Below are positions 36,840 to 49,021 of a stretch of 64,000 bases of DNA, piece by piece. The notes under the pieces were generated by a model. It was given only the letters and a program-made list of their open reading frames with translations, was not told where the DNA came from and made no database searches. Made by a program: the position numbers and the translations under genes. Numbering within the stretch: the first letter of the stretch is position 1; every line of letters starts with the position of its first letter. Source of the DNA: Salpingoeca rosetta (Eukaryota > Protista > Choanoflagellata); NCBI GenBank assembly GCA_033442325.1, contig JAWQFM010000003.1, forward strand, positions 284,724 through 348,723, read 5' to 3'.

Positions 36840-37668
36840 GTGAGTGTGTCCCTCCTTCTCTGTGCAAAACACACACGCTCACACACACACGCTCACACAC
36901 ACACACACACTGCCTGCAGGTTTGAGCTGCTGCGAATCCGGCCGGCAACGGGGTCGCGCCAGGGAAGTTCGCTCAGCGTGGGCGCAGAGGCAGCACTCCC
37001 ACGCGAACAAGGCGACGGTGCCACGGGCGCCACCACAAGTACGACGAACAACAGCAGCGCCAGCAGCAGCCGGCCAGCCACTGCGGCATCCACAGCTTCA
37101 ACAGCTGCGGCAGCAACAGCACGACACCAATCAACTACCAGCGAGCAGCAGCAGAGTGGCGAGGTCGCAAGCACCGCTGCAGGTGACAAGCAAGCACAGG
37201 CAATGCCGTCTTCACAACAGCTGCCACAAACCGCCACCGCAGCTGCTACAACCACAACACCTGCAAAGCAGGCCATGTCACCACAGCAACAGAAGCAGCA
37301 GCAGCAGCAGCAGGCACATGAGAGCACCGCAGCGTCGCGGTCGTTCGTGGACGGCAGCGTCTCTGAGAGTTTCCGCAGCACGACCAGCGCCCACTCGCAC
37401 GCGTCTGATGCACAGGACATCCCACCACTTGTTGTGCGGGAGATGAACGACTCGCCTGTCACTGCGCGGTGGATGCAGGGCACAAGCACGACGTCGCCAG
37501 CAGCAGTTGTGCCGTCGCCGCCAGCCATCCGCGCGTCAATGGGCGAACGCGCTCTGCCGCTGCCACGCTCGCCACGCCGCAGCCCCAAGACAACGGCACG
37601 CGCCAACTCAGCAGCAGACGACAGCACCAAGGAGCAGCCACAGCAGCAGCAGCAACAACAACAACAGC

Positions 37669-37750
<82 letters not shown>

Positions 37751-40700
37751 GGAACAACAACAGGAACAAGAGCAGGAAGTGGACATGACAGAGATCACTG
37801 ACGCGGGCACAGCCCAGCCGACACCGGGGCGCAGGGCAAACAAGGTGACAGAGCATTCGCCCACGCTGCAGTGTGTGGTTCACGGCCACGTGACAGACGC
37901 GTACCGCATGCCAGTTGGCTCCACCATCATCGGCTCCCGCAGCGCCAACGCACACGTCGTTGTCACGGGCCCAGGCATCCTGCAGCAGCACTGCGAGCTG
38001 TTTGTCACCACCACCGGCGTGGCTGTCTCGCCCTTCCCCGGCGCCACCATGTACGTTGATGGCGTGCTGGCGCGCCGCCCGCTTGCCCTCGCCGACAACG
38101 CCAGCATCGGGCTTGGCCACTGCCAGGACTTTGAGCTGCGCCTGCGCCTCAACAGCAACATGGTGCGCCACACCCCCGTCACCCGCGTGCTGCTGCCGGA
38201 GGAGGTGACCACCATGTTCACGGGCATTGCGGCCACGCGCGCCACCAACGCGGCTTCTGGCGCAACGGGGCCGTCCATGTCCGACTCGTACTTCTTCAGC
38301 CGTCTCGACGACGTCACCATGTCGCCCACATCCCCGCGCTCCCCACGCCTCTCGCTGGCGGCAACACCGCGCCCGCTGCCCACCCCCAAGCGCTACGCGG
38401 ACAGGACAGTGGACGTGGATGAGGTGGTGCACCCAGCCAGGCGGCTCAGCCAGGGAACAGCAGCAGCGACAACCAGCAGCGCTGCACACACACGCAGCGG
38501 CGGCAGCACCCCGGGTCGCGGCGATGGCGCCGATGCTGATGCTCCTGTTGCTGACGACGATGACTTGCATGCGTCCATGGAAGAGTTCCAGCAGCAGGAG
38601 AGGGCGATTCGACGCGAGTCACAGCTGCGGCTCATGCAGGCCGGAGGTGGCAATGAGGATGACGATCATGAAGGCGATGATGATGAGTTTGAGAGTGTGG
38701 AGGAGTATGATGATGATGATGATGATGATGACGACGACGATCGCGGCTATGCCCATGATGAGGATGCCTTTGAGATGTCGCTGGATGTGGATGAGCTTCG
38801 GTGCTCACCAAAGGCGGCGCAGCACGACATGTCCTCGTCTATCGCGCCGGCGTTCATCAGCGGCATTGCCTCACACCTGGAGCAGCTGGAGCTGTTTGTC
38901 AACGACGACAGCACCATGGCTGACTCGCACCTCGACGCTTCTGCTCCTGTGGCTGCTGCTGCAACCACGTATGAGCAGCAAGGCAAGCGGGAGAGCAACG
39001 AAGATGACGCAGTGACGATTGACGAAGCGCCAGAGACCGCCATGCACAACGATCAACAGCAGCAACAGCAGCAGCAGCAGCAGCAGCAGCATGTGGAGGA
39101 GAGGAAGGCGTGGGAAGGTCAGCAGGAAGAGGTGCACGAGCAGGGGCCGCAGGTCATCAGCGACTCCGTGCTTGAGGATGACGACGCATGGGCGCATGCC
39201 ATGGAGGCAGAGGACAGGGAAGATGAAGGCGATTGCCACCACGACAATGAGGATGAGGCCCGGGGGTATGTCACCATTGCTGGCGCCACATGCGACAGCA
39301 CAAACGACTACGGCCATGACATCGATCAGCTTGACCACGACAGCCAAGCTGCAAGCGCACGTGGCCGTGATCGTGAGGCCACAGCGTCACCCGAAGCGTG
39401 CGAAGCTGCTGCCGTGCTGACAACGCACGCCATCACGTCGGCCGTGCACGAGGCGGCCGAGGCGATTCGACGGAGCAGCCAGAGCGATGTCGGCAGCGAT
39501 GCTGGCGATGCTCGCAACGCTGGTGAGAAGGCAAGTGGTGGTGAGATTGTCCAAGGCGACGAGCAGGGAACCCACGGCAATGGCGCTGCTGACGCCACAA
39601 CCAGTGCAAAGCAGGCGCTTGGGCTCAAGGACAATCTGCCGCAGCCTCGTCGGCGCCGCCACAAGCAGTTCAAGCCGCGGTCCATGGACGACCTGCTTCG
39701 ACAGGCCGGCATCAAGGGCGCCCCACCGAAGACGCCACCGGCTGCCGCAGAGGACAGCCGCGACGCTGGTGTCTCGCAGCCAACGACGGAGCCAACGGCA
39801 GAGGTGCTCGCAACGACAGAGGTGCTCGCAACGACAGAGGTGCTCGCAACGACGACAGCCGTGACGCCAGATGTGTCTGCTGTGACCTCCACGACATCCG
39901 TGGGCATTGACAACCGTCCCGAGAGCGCCGTGGAGTCTGCAGTTGCATCTGCACCGCAATCGACAACAGACCTCGTGGTCCTCCGCAGCGCAGCCGCTGC
40001 CGTCAATACATTCAAGCGGCCGGAGGAAGAGGAGCAAGAGGAGTTTGCAGATGCGCTGGAGCCGAGTGAGGACGACGAGGAAGAGCTGCCCGTTGCCGCT
40101 GCACCGCCACAGGCGCCTTTGAAGAAGACAGCTGAGAAGAAGGAAGAAGGCATCGTTGAAGGGGAAGAAAAGAGGCCCGCTGCTGATGTCAGCAACAGCG
40201 CCAGAAGCAGTACCAGCAGTGGTAGCGGTGCTGAGCCCACATACAAACCACTATTGCGGGCGCTGCCAAAGCCACGCCGGCGTGGCGAGACAAAGCAGGA
40301 TCCGCAGCCAAGCGCACCGGAGGTGGAGCATGCTGTGGTGTCCACATATCCAACACTCGCGGCCATGGCAGCCGACCCTGTCATTGCAAAGCCTGTGCAG
40401 CCGGCCAAACTGCTCACCACCACCACCACCACCAGCAGCAGCAGCAGCAGCAGTAGCAGCGCTGTCAGCACGCTCGTGCAGAACAGGCTGCCCCTCCCCA
40501 AGCCAAGGCAACGGCGCCGACAACAGGCAAATGAGCAGCACGCACAAGCTAAGCAGCAGCAACAGCAGCCTGAACAACAGCCTGAGCGGCAGGAACGGGG
40601 GCACAGCGAGGCAGCTGTCGGTACGACCTCAACGGCTCGGTCGCAAACGAGTGGACCCGTGTCACCGCGGGTCAAGCTGCCACCGCCGTCCGCCCCTCGC

Positions 40701-41084
40701 CTGCTGCGGGCACCGAGTGCACGTGCAAAGGCCGCTGCACAGCACCAGGAGCAGAAGCAGCCTGTGGCGAGCAGGAAGGACCTGCCGAAGCCAAGGTCAC
40801 AGGCCGGGCCACAGCCACAGGCAGCGAAGGCGCAAGCGCCAACGAGGGCAGAGGACGTGCAGCCGCTGTTGCAGCCGCGCACGCACGCTGTGCACAGCAA
40901 CACGGCTGCCACCGCTGTTGCCAAAGCAAACCGTAGATCGGCGTCGCTGGACGAGACAGGGTCGCCGCGTCGCGCGAGCGTTGTGGTGGACGACGTGCCC
41001 TCTGCAGCCGACCGCGGCCTCAGATCAACTGGCATCGACCTCAAGACATTCGACAGGTGCGCGTTGTCAGGGATGGTGATGGTC

Positions 41085-41123
<39 letters not shown>

Positions 41124-41476
41124 TGTGTGTGTGTGTGCGTGTGTGCGCACGTGTGTGTGTGTTTACTTGATTTGTGTGTGTCATGTGACAACTTCCTGCT
41201 TCTTTTTGAAATTCACCATCGCACATGTGTGAACGCGCTTATATGCGGTGTTTGTGTTTGTGTTTGTGTTTGTGTTTGTGTTTGTGTTTGTGTTTGTGTG
41301 TGTGTTTGCTTTATGACATCAGGGACCGCACGCGCTCCCCACGACAGTCGGCGTCGCGATACACGGACGCGGGCCTGCGCAGCACGGGAAGAAAGTGGTA
41401 CCAGATCCAGGCAGCCAGGCGGTGAGTTGTTGCGAGAGAGAGAGTGTGTGTGTGTGTGTGGGGGGGGGGGGTCTTT

Positions 41477-41530
<54 letters not shown>

Positions 41531-41717
41531 CGTGCGTGGGTCTTTTGTGTGTGTTGTGTGCCAGCACGTGCGTGCACATTCGCTCACGTCTGCCATTGTC
41601 CACCTCCCCATCCCATGTGTCGAATGCAGGATGTCTGCTGTGACGACAACGGACACCGGGCCACGTCGGCCAGAGCGATTGACGTTTGCTGACCGGCTCA
41701 AGCTGTTTGAAAACTGA
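34237..41717 (+). CDS. Ras-association (RA) + FHA domain protein with long disordered tail and afadin-like C-terminal motif
   Basis: RA domain spliced from ~35832-36935 (SLRIYKG...YKSIFIHTGMTTRDVIVRALNKFDVAEDPHNFALC...LADTDLPVFV...RFELLR). Afadin/kinesin-3-type FHA at ~37860-38155 (TIIGS...VVVTGPGILQQHC...MYVDG...LADNASIGLG). Large exon 36920-41056, then 41323-41421 and 41630-41717, ending PERLTFADRLKLFEN. Confidence 0.78.
34896..34995. other. Assembly gap (100 N) inside an intron
   Basis: Run of N. Flanking exons (end ~34574, start 35291) join in phase 1. Confidence 0.99.
37641..37751 (+). repeat. (CAA/CAG)n coding repeat, poly-Gln of ~37 residues
   Basis: Directly visible. Confidence 0.95.
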
Positions 41718-41757
41718 GCTCCTGATGCCGAATATTGGGGCAGGAAGAGTGGGACAT

Positions 41758-41797
41758 GAGGGACCGCGAGGGACCGCGAGGGACCGCGAGGGACCGT
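41758..41797. repeat. 10-bp tandem repeat GAGGGACCGC x4 just after the stop codon
   Basis: Directly visible. Confidence 0.9.
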
Positions 41798-42575
41798 GAA
41801 GGGCGAGTGCATGTTTTTGCGTTCGAGGAGGAGGAAGATTGCTTTCTTTTCTTCTTTCTTTCTTTCTTTCTTTTGACGGTTGCGTTTGTTACGTTACATT
41901 TCAACTTGATTGCGGCGTGTGAATGTGGGGAGGGAGGAGGGGTGAGGGCGTGAGGGGTGTGGAGACAGAAGGACAGAAAGGACGGCGTGGATGGGGGTCT
42001 GCGTTGATTGCGCTGGTGCGTTGTTTTGGTAATTTCTTCGCTCGATGATGCCGTGCCATGTTTCAGTCATGATGATCAATGAATGTCCTCCAAGCAAAAG
42101 CAAAACAAAGTGGTCTTCTGTGATGTGATTTGATGTGACACACGCCCTTCTCCGTGAAATTGAGCGATGTGACATTGTGACACGCCCCTCCCCCTCTCCG
42201 TGGGATGGGCAGTCTCGTCCCAATCGATGGTGATGAACACCCACCAAATTTCGTTAACCAAGAAATCGCATGGTGTGTCATTTCGTGCAAACCTAGCGCT
42301 TGCGGAGTCATTTCATGACACATCTCAAAGCCGCGATTCGACGAGCAGCTTGCTTGTTGCCTTGTTCATTTTCACCTCACCCGGCTGTCCTCGCACTTGA
42401 CGCCTTGACGCAGAGCTCCTGAGAGACCCAAACCAACCGTCTTGCATTTCTTTCAACCAACGCAGGAACATCAAGAAGTTACGTTGGATTGTCTCCTCAG
42501 AGTCTCAGAGTGCGCCAGCAGCTGCGTGACACGTCAACAACTGAACAGCGCCTGGACAAAAAAAAAAAGGCGGAG

Positions 42576-45500
42576 ATGGATGAGTTGGAAACGTTGATGG
42601 CTGAAGCTGGGCTTGCAGACAGCATCAAGGATCGCATCCGAGGCATTGCCAACGGAGCTCGCGCAACTGACATCGAGTGCGAGCCACTTCATTTCTGTTT
42701 TCTCGTTTAGGGTTCCCGCGTGCATGTTCCTCCCGCTCCTTGATGCGCTTGGAGTGGAATGCCTGCTTCAGTATACCCGAGCCTGTTTGTGATGTGGCCG
42801 CATGCCCCCTCGCAAGCTACAAAGACAATGAAGCTCACACGTTCCCGCATTGTTGGAACACTTCCTTCTTGGCTCACACATCAGCTTAAACGTGGCTGCG
42901 CTTGGCGACACCGGAGCAAAGGCCTTGGCACTGGCACTGACGCTGGTCAAGAAGAAGGCAAGGCTGACCAAGCTATGGTGAGATAATTGCTCCACTAGTC
43001 ACGGCATATGCGGAACCTTTGTGCATTTGTTCCTGCGGAGGATATCAATTCTTCCGTGTTCGCAGCCTGTCCATTTCTTCTCACATCCACGAGCAAGCGC
43101 ACACTCAATTCTTGGTTCCTAGGCTGAGAAGCAATGAAATCAGCCCAGAAGGAGTTGCTGCCGTGGCAGAGGCACTCAAGCATCATCCAATGCTGCACGA
43201 CCTCGTGTATGTTGTGTGTTTGGTGGCGGTGAACTGAAGCCCCAACAGTCACAGGGGTGCGGGCGTGAAGACTTGCTGTGCGCTTGTGTTCGTCTGTTTG
43301 TGTGCAGGTTGCCTCTTTGCTCTCCCGCGTGCGTGTGTATGATCATGCAAGGCGACTTGCTGAACTAACACGCTTTGCTGCAAATGTCAGGCTCCAGGGA
43401 AATCCGATCCAAACGGAGGGAGCCATCTCGCTGGCAGAGGCATTGAGCAGCCACCAGCATCTGGAGCTCCTCGAGTATGTTGCAGTACACTCTGTTGGTT
43501 GAAACGTCAGCCGTGTGGTAGCTTCTCTCTTCTCTGCCTTGTACGTTTGCACCTGCGAAGGCCTTAAAATTGAGTTGCTTGTCCTTTGTGCAGCTTGAAG
43601 GACTGTGCTGTTGGGCCGAGAGGAGTTGTCGCATTGGTGGGAATGCTGAGACACCAGGAAGAACTGGAATGGCTCAAGTAAGCTTGTCTCATCTTCTTGA
43701 CGCTCGTGCTGGATGCCACTTGCTTCAAGCACGAGCATCCGCAACAGCGGCGATGAAACGTGACTTGTAACTGTGCAGTCCTTATCATGACCTTGGCCAT
43801 GGCCGCTTCTCGTTGAATGGTATCACTGCTGCATGAATTTCCGCAGCATTCACGACCCTGTCCTGTACTGTTGTTAACTGGCACTTCACAGCTTGAGCGG
43901 CAACGCAATTGAAGTTGAGGGAGCTGACGCTTTGGTCGATGCATTACAGGACCATCCTGCCTTGCAACGCATTCAGTACGTTTGTTTCTTTGCTTGGTCG
44001 TTGATCCACATTTACACGCCCAGACCCCTTGCTCCCCCCTCACACGCGCTCACGCGCAAATGCATGTGCATGACCAATTCCCCACTTCCTCCAACACCCA
44101 AGGCTCAAAGGGATCGGAGTGGACGCTGCTCGTGCCTTCGGCGCACGTTGGCCGCTGGACCCTGGCGTTGAAATTGGACTGTAAGTGGTGTCCTCAGCGT
44201 CGGTGTGGCTGGTCTAGGACGATGTGCTGTGAATGTGCCAACGTGCTAAGTTCTGACCATCTTCACACGATTTTGTTCCTACCCCAACACTGGTTCTTAG
44301 GAACGATGATGAAGAGGCTGCGTTCGAAGAGGGTCGCGAGATGCAGCAGCGTTGCCACAAGGTTGGGTTTCACAACAAGACTATGTTGCCTGCCGTTCCC
44401 AATGCGACTGCGCTCATTGTCAAACATCGGCAGTGACTTGCCAACCACAACTGCCCTTCTTGTGCCCTATTGCTCCGCTGCACGCAGGGCGCCGCTGAGA
44501 AAGACAAGGAAAAGGAAATTGACGAAATGCGTACGGGATGCTCGTGTTTTACTGAATCTCTGCCCTGCACTCGATCCGAACTCTGTCCAGCGTGACATGG
44601 AGCACACTAACATGTGTGCACTGCCATTTAAAAACAACATTCCAGGTCATGAGCTTGCGCGGCTGCAGCAGGTTTTGGGGGAGAAGAATGAGTTACTGAG
44701 ACTGGCGGAATCAAAAGGTTGGTTCTTCTTCGGGTGTGCGCTTGCACACTCATGCAAAGTTGCTGTTTTGTCAGTTTAAGAAGGCTTTGAAGGCCCGATT
44801 ACTCTTGTCTTCAGGACATACGGCTAATGATCGCATGCCAGGAGACACAAAATCTTCTCACAAGGACGGTTGTCCTGTTTTGTGGTTGGTTGTGACATCT
44901 TGAAGAGCAACGTCATGCAGACGAGGTCTTTGAGCCGGCTAACCCCCAGAAGGCGCAGCTGGAAGCTGCAAATGAAGAGATCAAGCAACTTCGTAAGTGT
45001 CTTGTCTGTGCATTGTCGATGCTGCAACTCCTGTCATGTGAGCGTGAAGCGCAGTTGAAGCACTCCACTGTTAACGCTGTGTCGTTGTTGCATCGCAGGC
45101 ATGGAGAAGCATGAGCTGACGGTCCAACGCCAAAAAATGCGACAAACCATGAAGAAGACAGATGAGACAATGTATCAACTGCGTAAGTGACAACGCTCCA
45201 TACCTCGATACGCATGCAATTTCAACACCACACAGGTTTTCATTTTGTTTTGCAGCGTGCTCCTTGTCCACCGAGTGCAGGCCTGGCAGAACCGACTCAC
45301 GCTTGCTTGCTTGCATGCATGCATGCTCTCACCTCCAAACGTGCTGCGCATGGCAGGTGACCAGCTTCGGGACTTTCAGGGCGTCATTGAACTTGAGGAC
45401 AAGATTGGTACGATCAAGTGATTGGCTGACGGTGTATGTTGTGAGTTGTGAGAAGAAAACATCAGCCCAAGCAAGAGTGCTTCTCGTGTCGACTTGGGGA

Positions 45501-47719
45501 ATAGCAGGCTCGTGGATTGCAAAGGCGTGGGTGGTGTGCAGTGTGGATGTTAAATTGTTGTGCCCCTTTGTCATCTCTGACCCAGGCCCAAAATTCCCTC
45601 CCCTTTCCCCACTTGATCTTGTCTTGCTTGTTTCTTTCTCCTCAGAAACGCTTCTGAACCTGAACATGGATCCAACACGCTTCACAGAGAAGCAACGCGT
45701 CAAAGACCGTGACGGCAAATTTGTGAAGGGTGCGTTCGGGAGGCTATTTCGAAGCACACTTGCCGGACACGACGTGGCGCTTAAGGAGGTTGATGACGTG
45801 GAGGAGCGACCACGACTTCGGCAGCTCCTCGCGGAGATGTCCAACACAGCAACACTGGCGCAGGGGGTTGGAAAGCGGATCTTGAGAGAAGTGGCGATCT
45901 TGGTTTCCCTACGCCATCCCAATATTGTGCAGTTTCTCGGCATCTGCCACGACAGCGCCAGCAACAAGCTTGCCTTTGTGTTGAGCTGGGCAGAGAATGG
46001 CTCCCTGTACGATTACATGCACGTGCACAACAACGACCTCAGTGATGTGCAACGATTGCGTATGCTTAGCGAAGTGGCTGGTGCCATGGAGTTCCTGCAC
46101 GCCCACAACGTCGTTCACCGGGACCTCAAGTCACCCAACGTGCTGCTGGATTCGTCACTGTCCGCTAAGGTGACCGACTTTGGCTTGAGCACATTTCGTC
46201 AACCGGGTCAATCACAAGTGTCCCAGGTGATTGGCACCTTATTGTGGGCATCCCCAGAGCAGCTGTTGCAACAGGAATTGCGCGCAGACACAGACGTTTT
46301 CTCGTTCGGTTGCCTGATGTGGGAAGTGTGGTTGGGCATCAGGCCTTGGCACCACGGCCAGTACGGTGAAAACGGCATAACATTCGCACATCTCGTGGCC
46401 AAGTACCAGGAGGAAGACTACCTTCCACTCGATGTCGAAATCCAGGGACGACGGTTGACCCCCGCTCTTCAGGCATTGACGTGCGTGTGTTTGCAGTGGA
46501 GTGGCAACCGCGGTGACTTCTCCCAGCTCCACGCCGCCCTGAAAGTGCAGCAGAGTGCAACCAGGGAGCAAGAAGTGGTAACTTTGGAAAGACATCAGCA
46601 GCACATGCTCAAACAACATCTGCTGCTTCACGGACCACCAGATGCGGCGTGGAAGTTTTCACAGCAGCTCTTGGCCGCGGTGGACGCAACGCAGCTGTCT
46701 ATTCGCCAATCCGTCCACATTGCACCGCTGCAACGTGACGGGGACGCCGTGACCGAGGTGTGTGCATGTGCGTGTGAACTTTGTGTTGACATAATTTGTG
46801 CGTGCCTGCGTGCGTGTGAGCGTGTCGTGGGGCTTCACCAGGCGCGAGTGTGAGCAGCTTGATGTTGGCATCATTTACTGGAATCCAACACACATCTGCA
46901 CACACCAATCTCCAGCTCCTTCGTGCCGCCGGTGGCCGGACCGCCCAGGAGCACCCACGCACACCGTTTGGTCATCGTCTCAGCCGCGTCGCCATCACGT
47001 GGTGCGACCAGAAGCTCGTCGCCTTCAACGGCGCCCTGCACCGCAACACCACCCGCTATCGTGGCCACCTCACCAGCGCAAGTCACCCATTTGCGCCCAA
47101 GTACGACCACGACACGTTAACGGGCCAGGCAACAGATGCCGAGGAGCGGGCACTGCTGGAACGCGTCACCTGTGTTGGCGTGTACAGCATGCTCGATCCA
47201 ACCCTGCTGCAGCAAGACCCACCCATCCGCATCCAGCGAGTGTTCCACGGCGTGAGGTCATTTGACGCCGTCGTTGGCATCCTGGGCGGCGATTTTGCAC
47301 AGCTGCAAAGGACTGATGGCGGATGGTTTGGTGCTGGTTTGTACTTCACACCAGACCTCGACTATGCGTTTGCATATACACATCCACGGCAAGTGAAGCC
47401 AAGCCGCCGCAATGTGCCGGCTGATCTGCGTTGCTTGAACCTGACTCCGGGGAAGCTGTACCGTCTTGTGCTGGCTTGCGATGTCATGTACGGCAATCCA
47501 TACCCCGTACTGGATCTACACTTGAAGGGTCGGCCATTGATGGCTGGACATGACGCCCACGTGTCGGTGGTCGATTTCACCAAGGGAAACATTGTCGCAG
47601 CACAGCCGTTTCAAACACATGCGCAGTGGAGCCAAGGCGACAAGAAGCCTGCAGCTGAGATCATGATCACTGATCCATCGTGTGTGCTTGTTCGTGCCAT
47701 CCTCGTTTTTGACGCTTGA
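42576..47719 (+). CDS. LRR (RI-like/NLRC3-type) - coiled coil - TKL Ser/Thr kinase - PARP-like ADP-ribosyltransferase fusion (~990 aa, 16 exons)
   Basis: All exons join in frame through GT-AG sites. LRR exons 42885-42977, 43123-43206, 43391-43474, 43594-43677, 43892-43975 (e.g. LRSNEISPEGVAAVAEALKHHPMLHDL). Small coiled-coil exons 44301-45410. Kinase exon 45646-46757 (KGAFG, VALK, HPNIVQFLG, HRDLKSPN, DFG, WASPE, DVFSFG). Last exon 46916-47719 with VFHG, GWFGAGLYF, YA, LACDVMYG, AEIMI. Confidence 0.85.
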
Positions 47720-48166
47720 TTTGGTTTTGTCTGAAGCACGTGCTTGTTGTTGCGAGGGCACTGCTCTATCTTTATGTTTTTCCGCCCACGCTCTGGCAGC
47801 AAGTCCTGCCCTTCCTGCTTGTATTGCTGAGGCATCTTTATTTATGTTGTTTCCCTGTTACCGCGTTGGCGCGTTACATCGTGACACACACGCGTTCTCA
47901 TTGCCAGCATTACCATCACCGTGTTACTCTGTTACAAGTCGCTGCCTTTCCTCTCGGGTTTGCCTTCGCACACCCTCCCTCCACCCTGCATCAGCGGCAC
48001 TCTCGTGCTCTTGTGTTCTTGTGCTCTTCCGTTCGACACGTTCTGTCCCTGTTCACCATCGTCGTTTCAATTTCAAATCATCATGCGCACATGCCACCCG
48101 TTTCGTTCACAAATAGAAATTGACAAGCAGAATCCATGAAGAGAATGAACACATTGTAGCCGCAGT

Positions 48167-48229
48167 CCAATCAATCCAATCAATCCAATCAATCCAATCA
48201 ATCCAATCAATCCAATCAATCCAATCAAT
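48167..48229. repeat. (CCAATCAAT)7 tandem repeat
   Basis: Seven perfect 9-bp units. Confidence 0.95.
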
Positions 48230-48386
48230 CAATTACAACTCAAGCACACACGCAAACGCAAGCGCACAAGCACCGTAAATCAAAAGCTCTGCACTCTGTC
48301 ACATCACTCCAATTGAAGGACTACATCACTCCACTGAACCCACCAAGCCAGCGCAGCAACGCCACTGTGACTGGTCATGGTTCCTT

Positions 48387-48579
48387 CTACTGGTCTTCAA
48401 ACACTTGCATGACGGAAGGCCGGTACTTTCCATCGCTCGTCCCGCCGGAAATTGTTCCCAGGCGCAACTCCCCATCCATCTCAGCAGCGTCCATTCTAAG
48501 TGTATTGGCGAGCAAAGTGTGAGACGAGGCACGAGCCAATAGCAGAAGCAACGCACACACACACACACACACACACACA

Positions 48580-48612
<33 letters not shown>

Positions 48613-48987
48613 TCTCTCTCCCTCTCCCCCTTTCTGTTTTCTTCAGTGCACTCACTTTCTTCGAACAGAATGCTTTGCTCGGATGGTGGCCTGCATCTTC
48701 CTGTACTTTCGCGCCACTTTCTTCCACTCCTCATCCTGCAATGGAATGTCGGTTGGTGAGGGACCAAAGGGGTGATTTCCAACATACATACGTGCAAACA
48801 CATCACCCCCCCCCCCTCACACACACATACACATACACACACGTACACACAGACAAAGCATGCACTCACCGGCATGTCGTCTGGTTTGCCGTGTTTGATC
48901 AGGTTCTCCATATCGCTCGGGCGTTTGCTGCGCAGCGACTTTTTCCAGTCGATCCGCGACCCCGCAGACCCTCTGTCCAGCGCAGGC

Positions 48988-49021
<34 letters not shown>

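Noticed and set aside
41950-48300. The island as a bona fide transposon
   Set aside because: No TIR, LTR, target-site duplication, Helitron end or transposase/RT coding sequence found.
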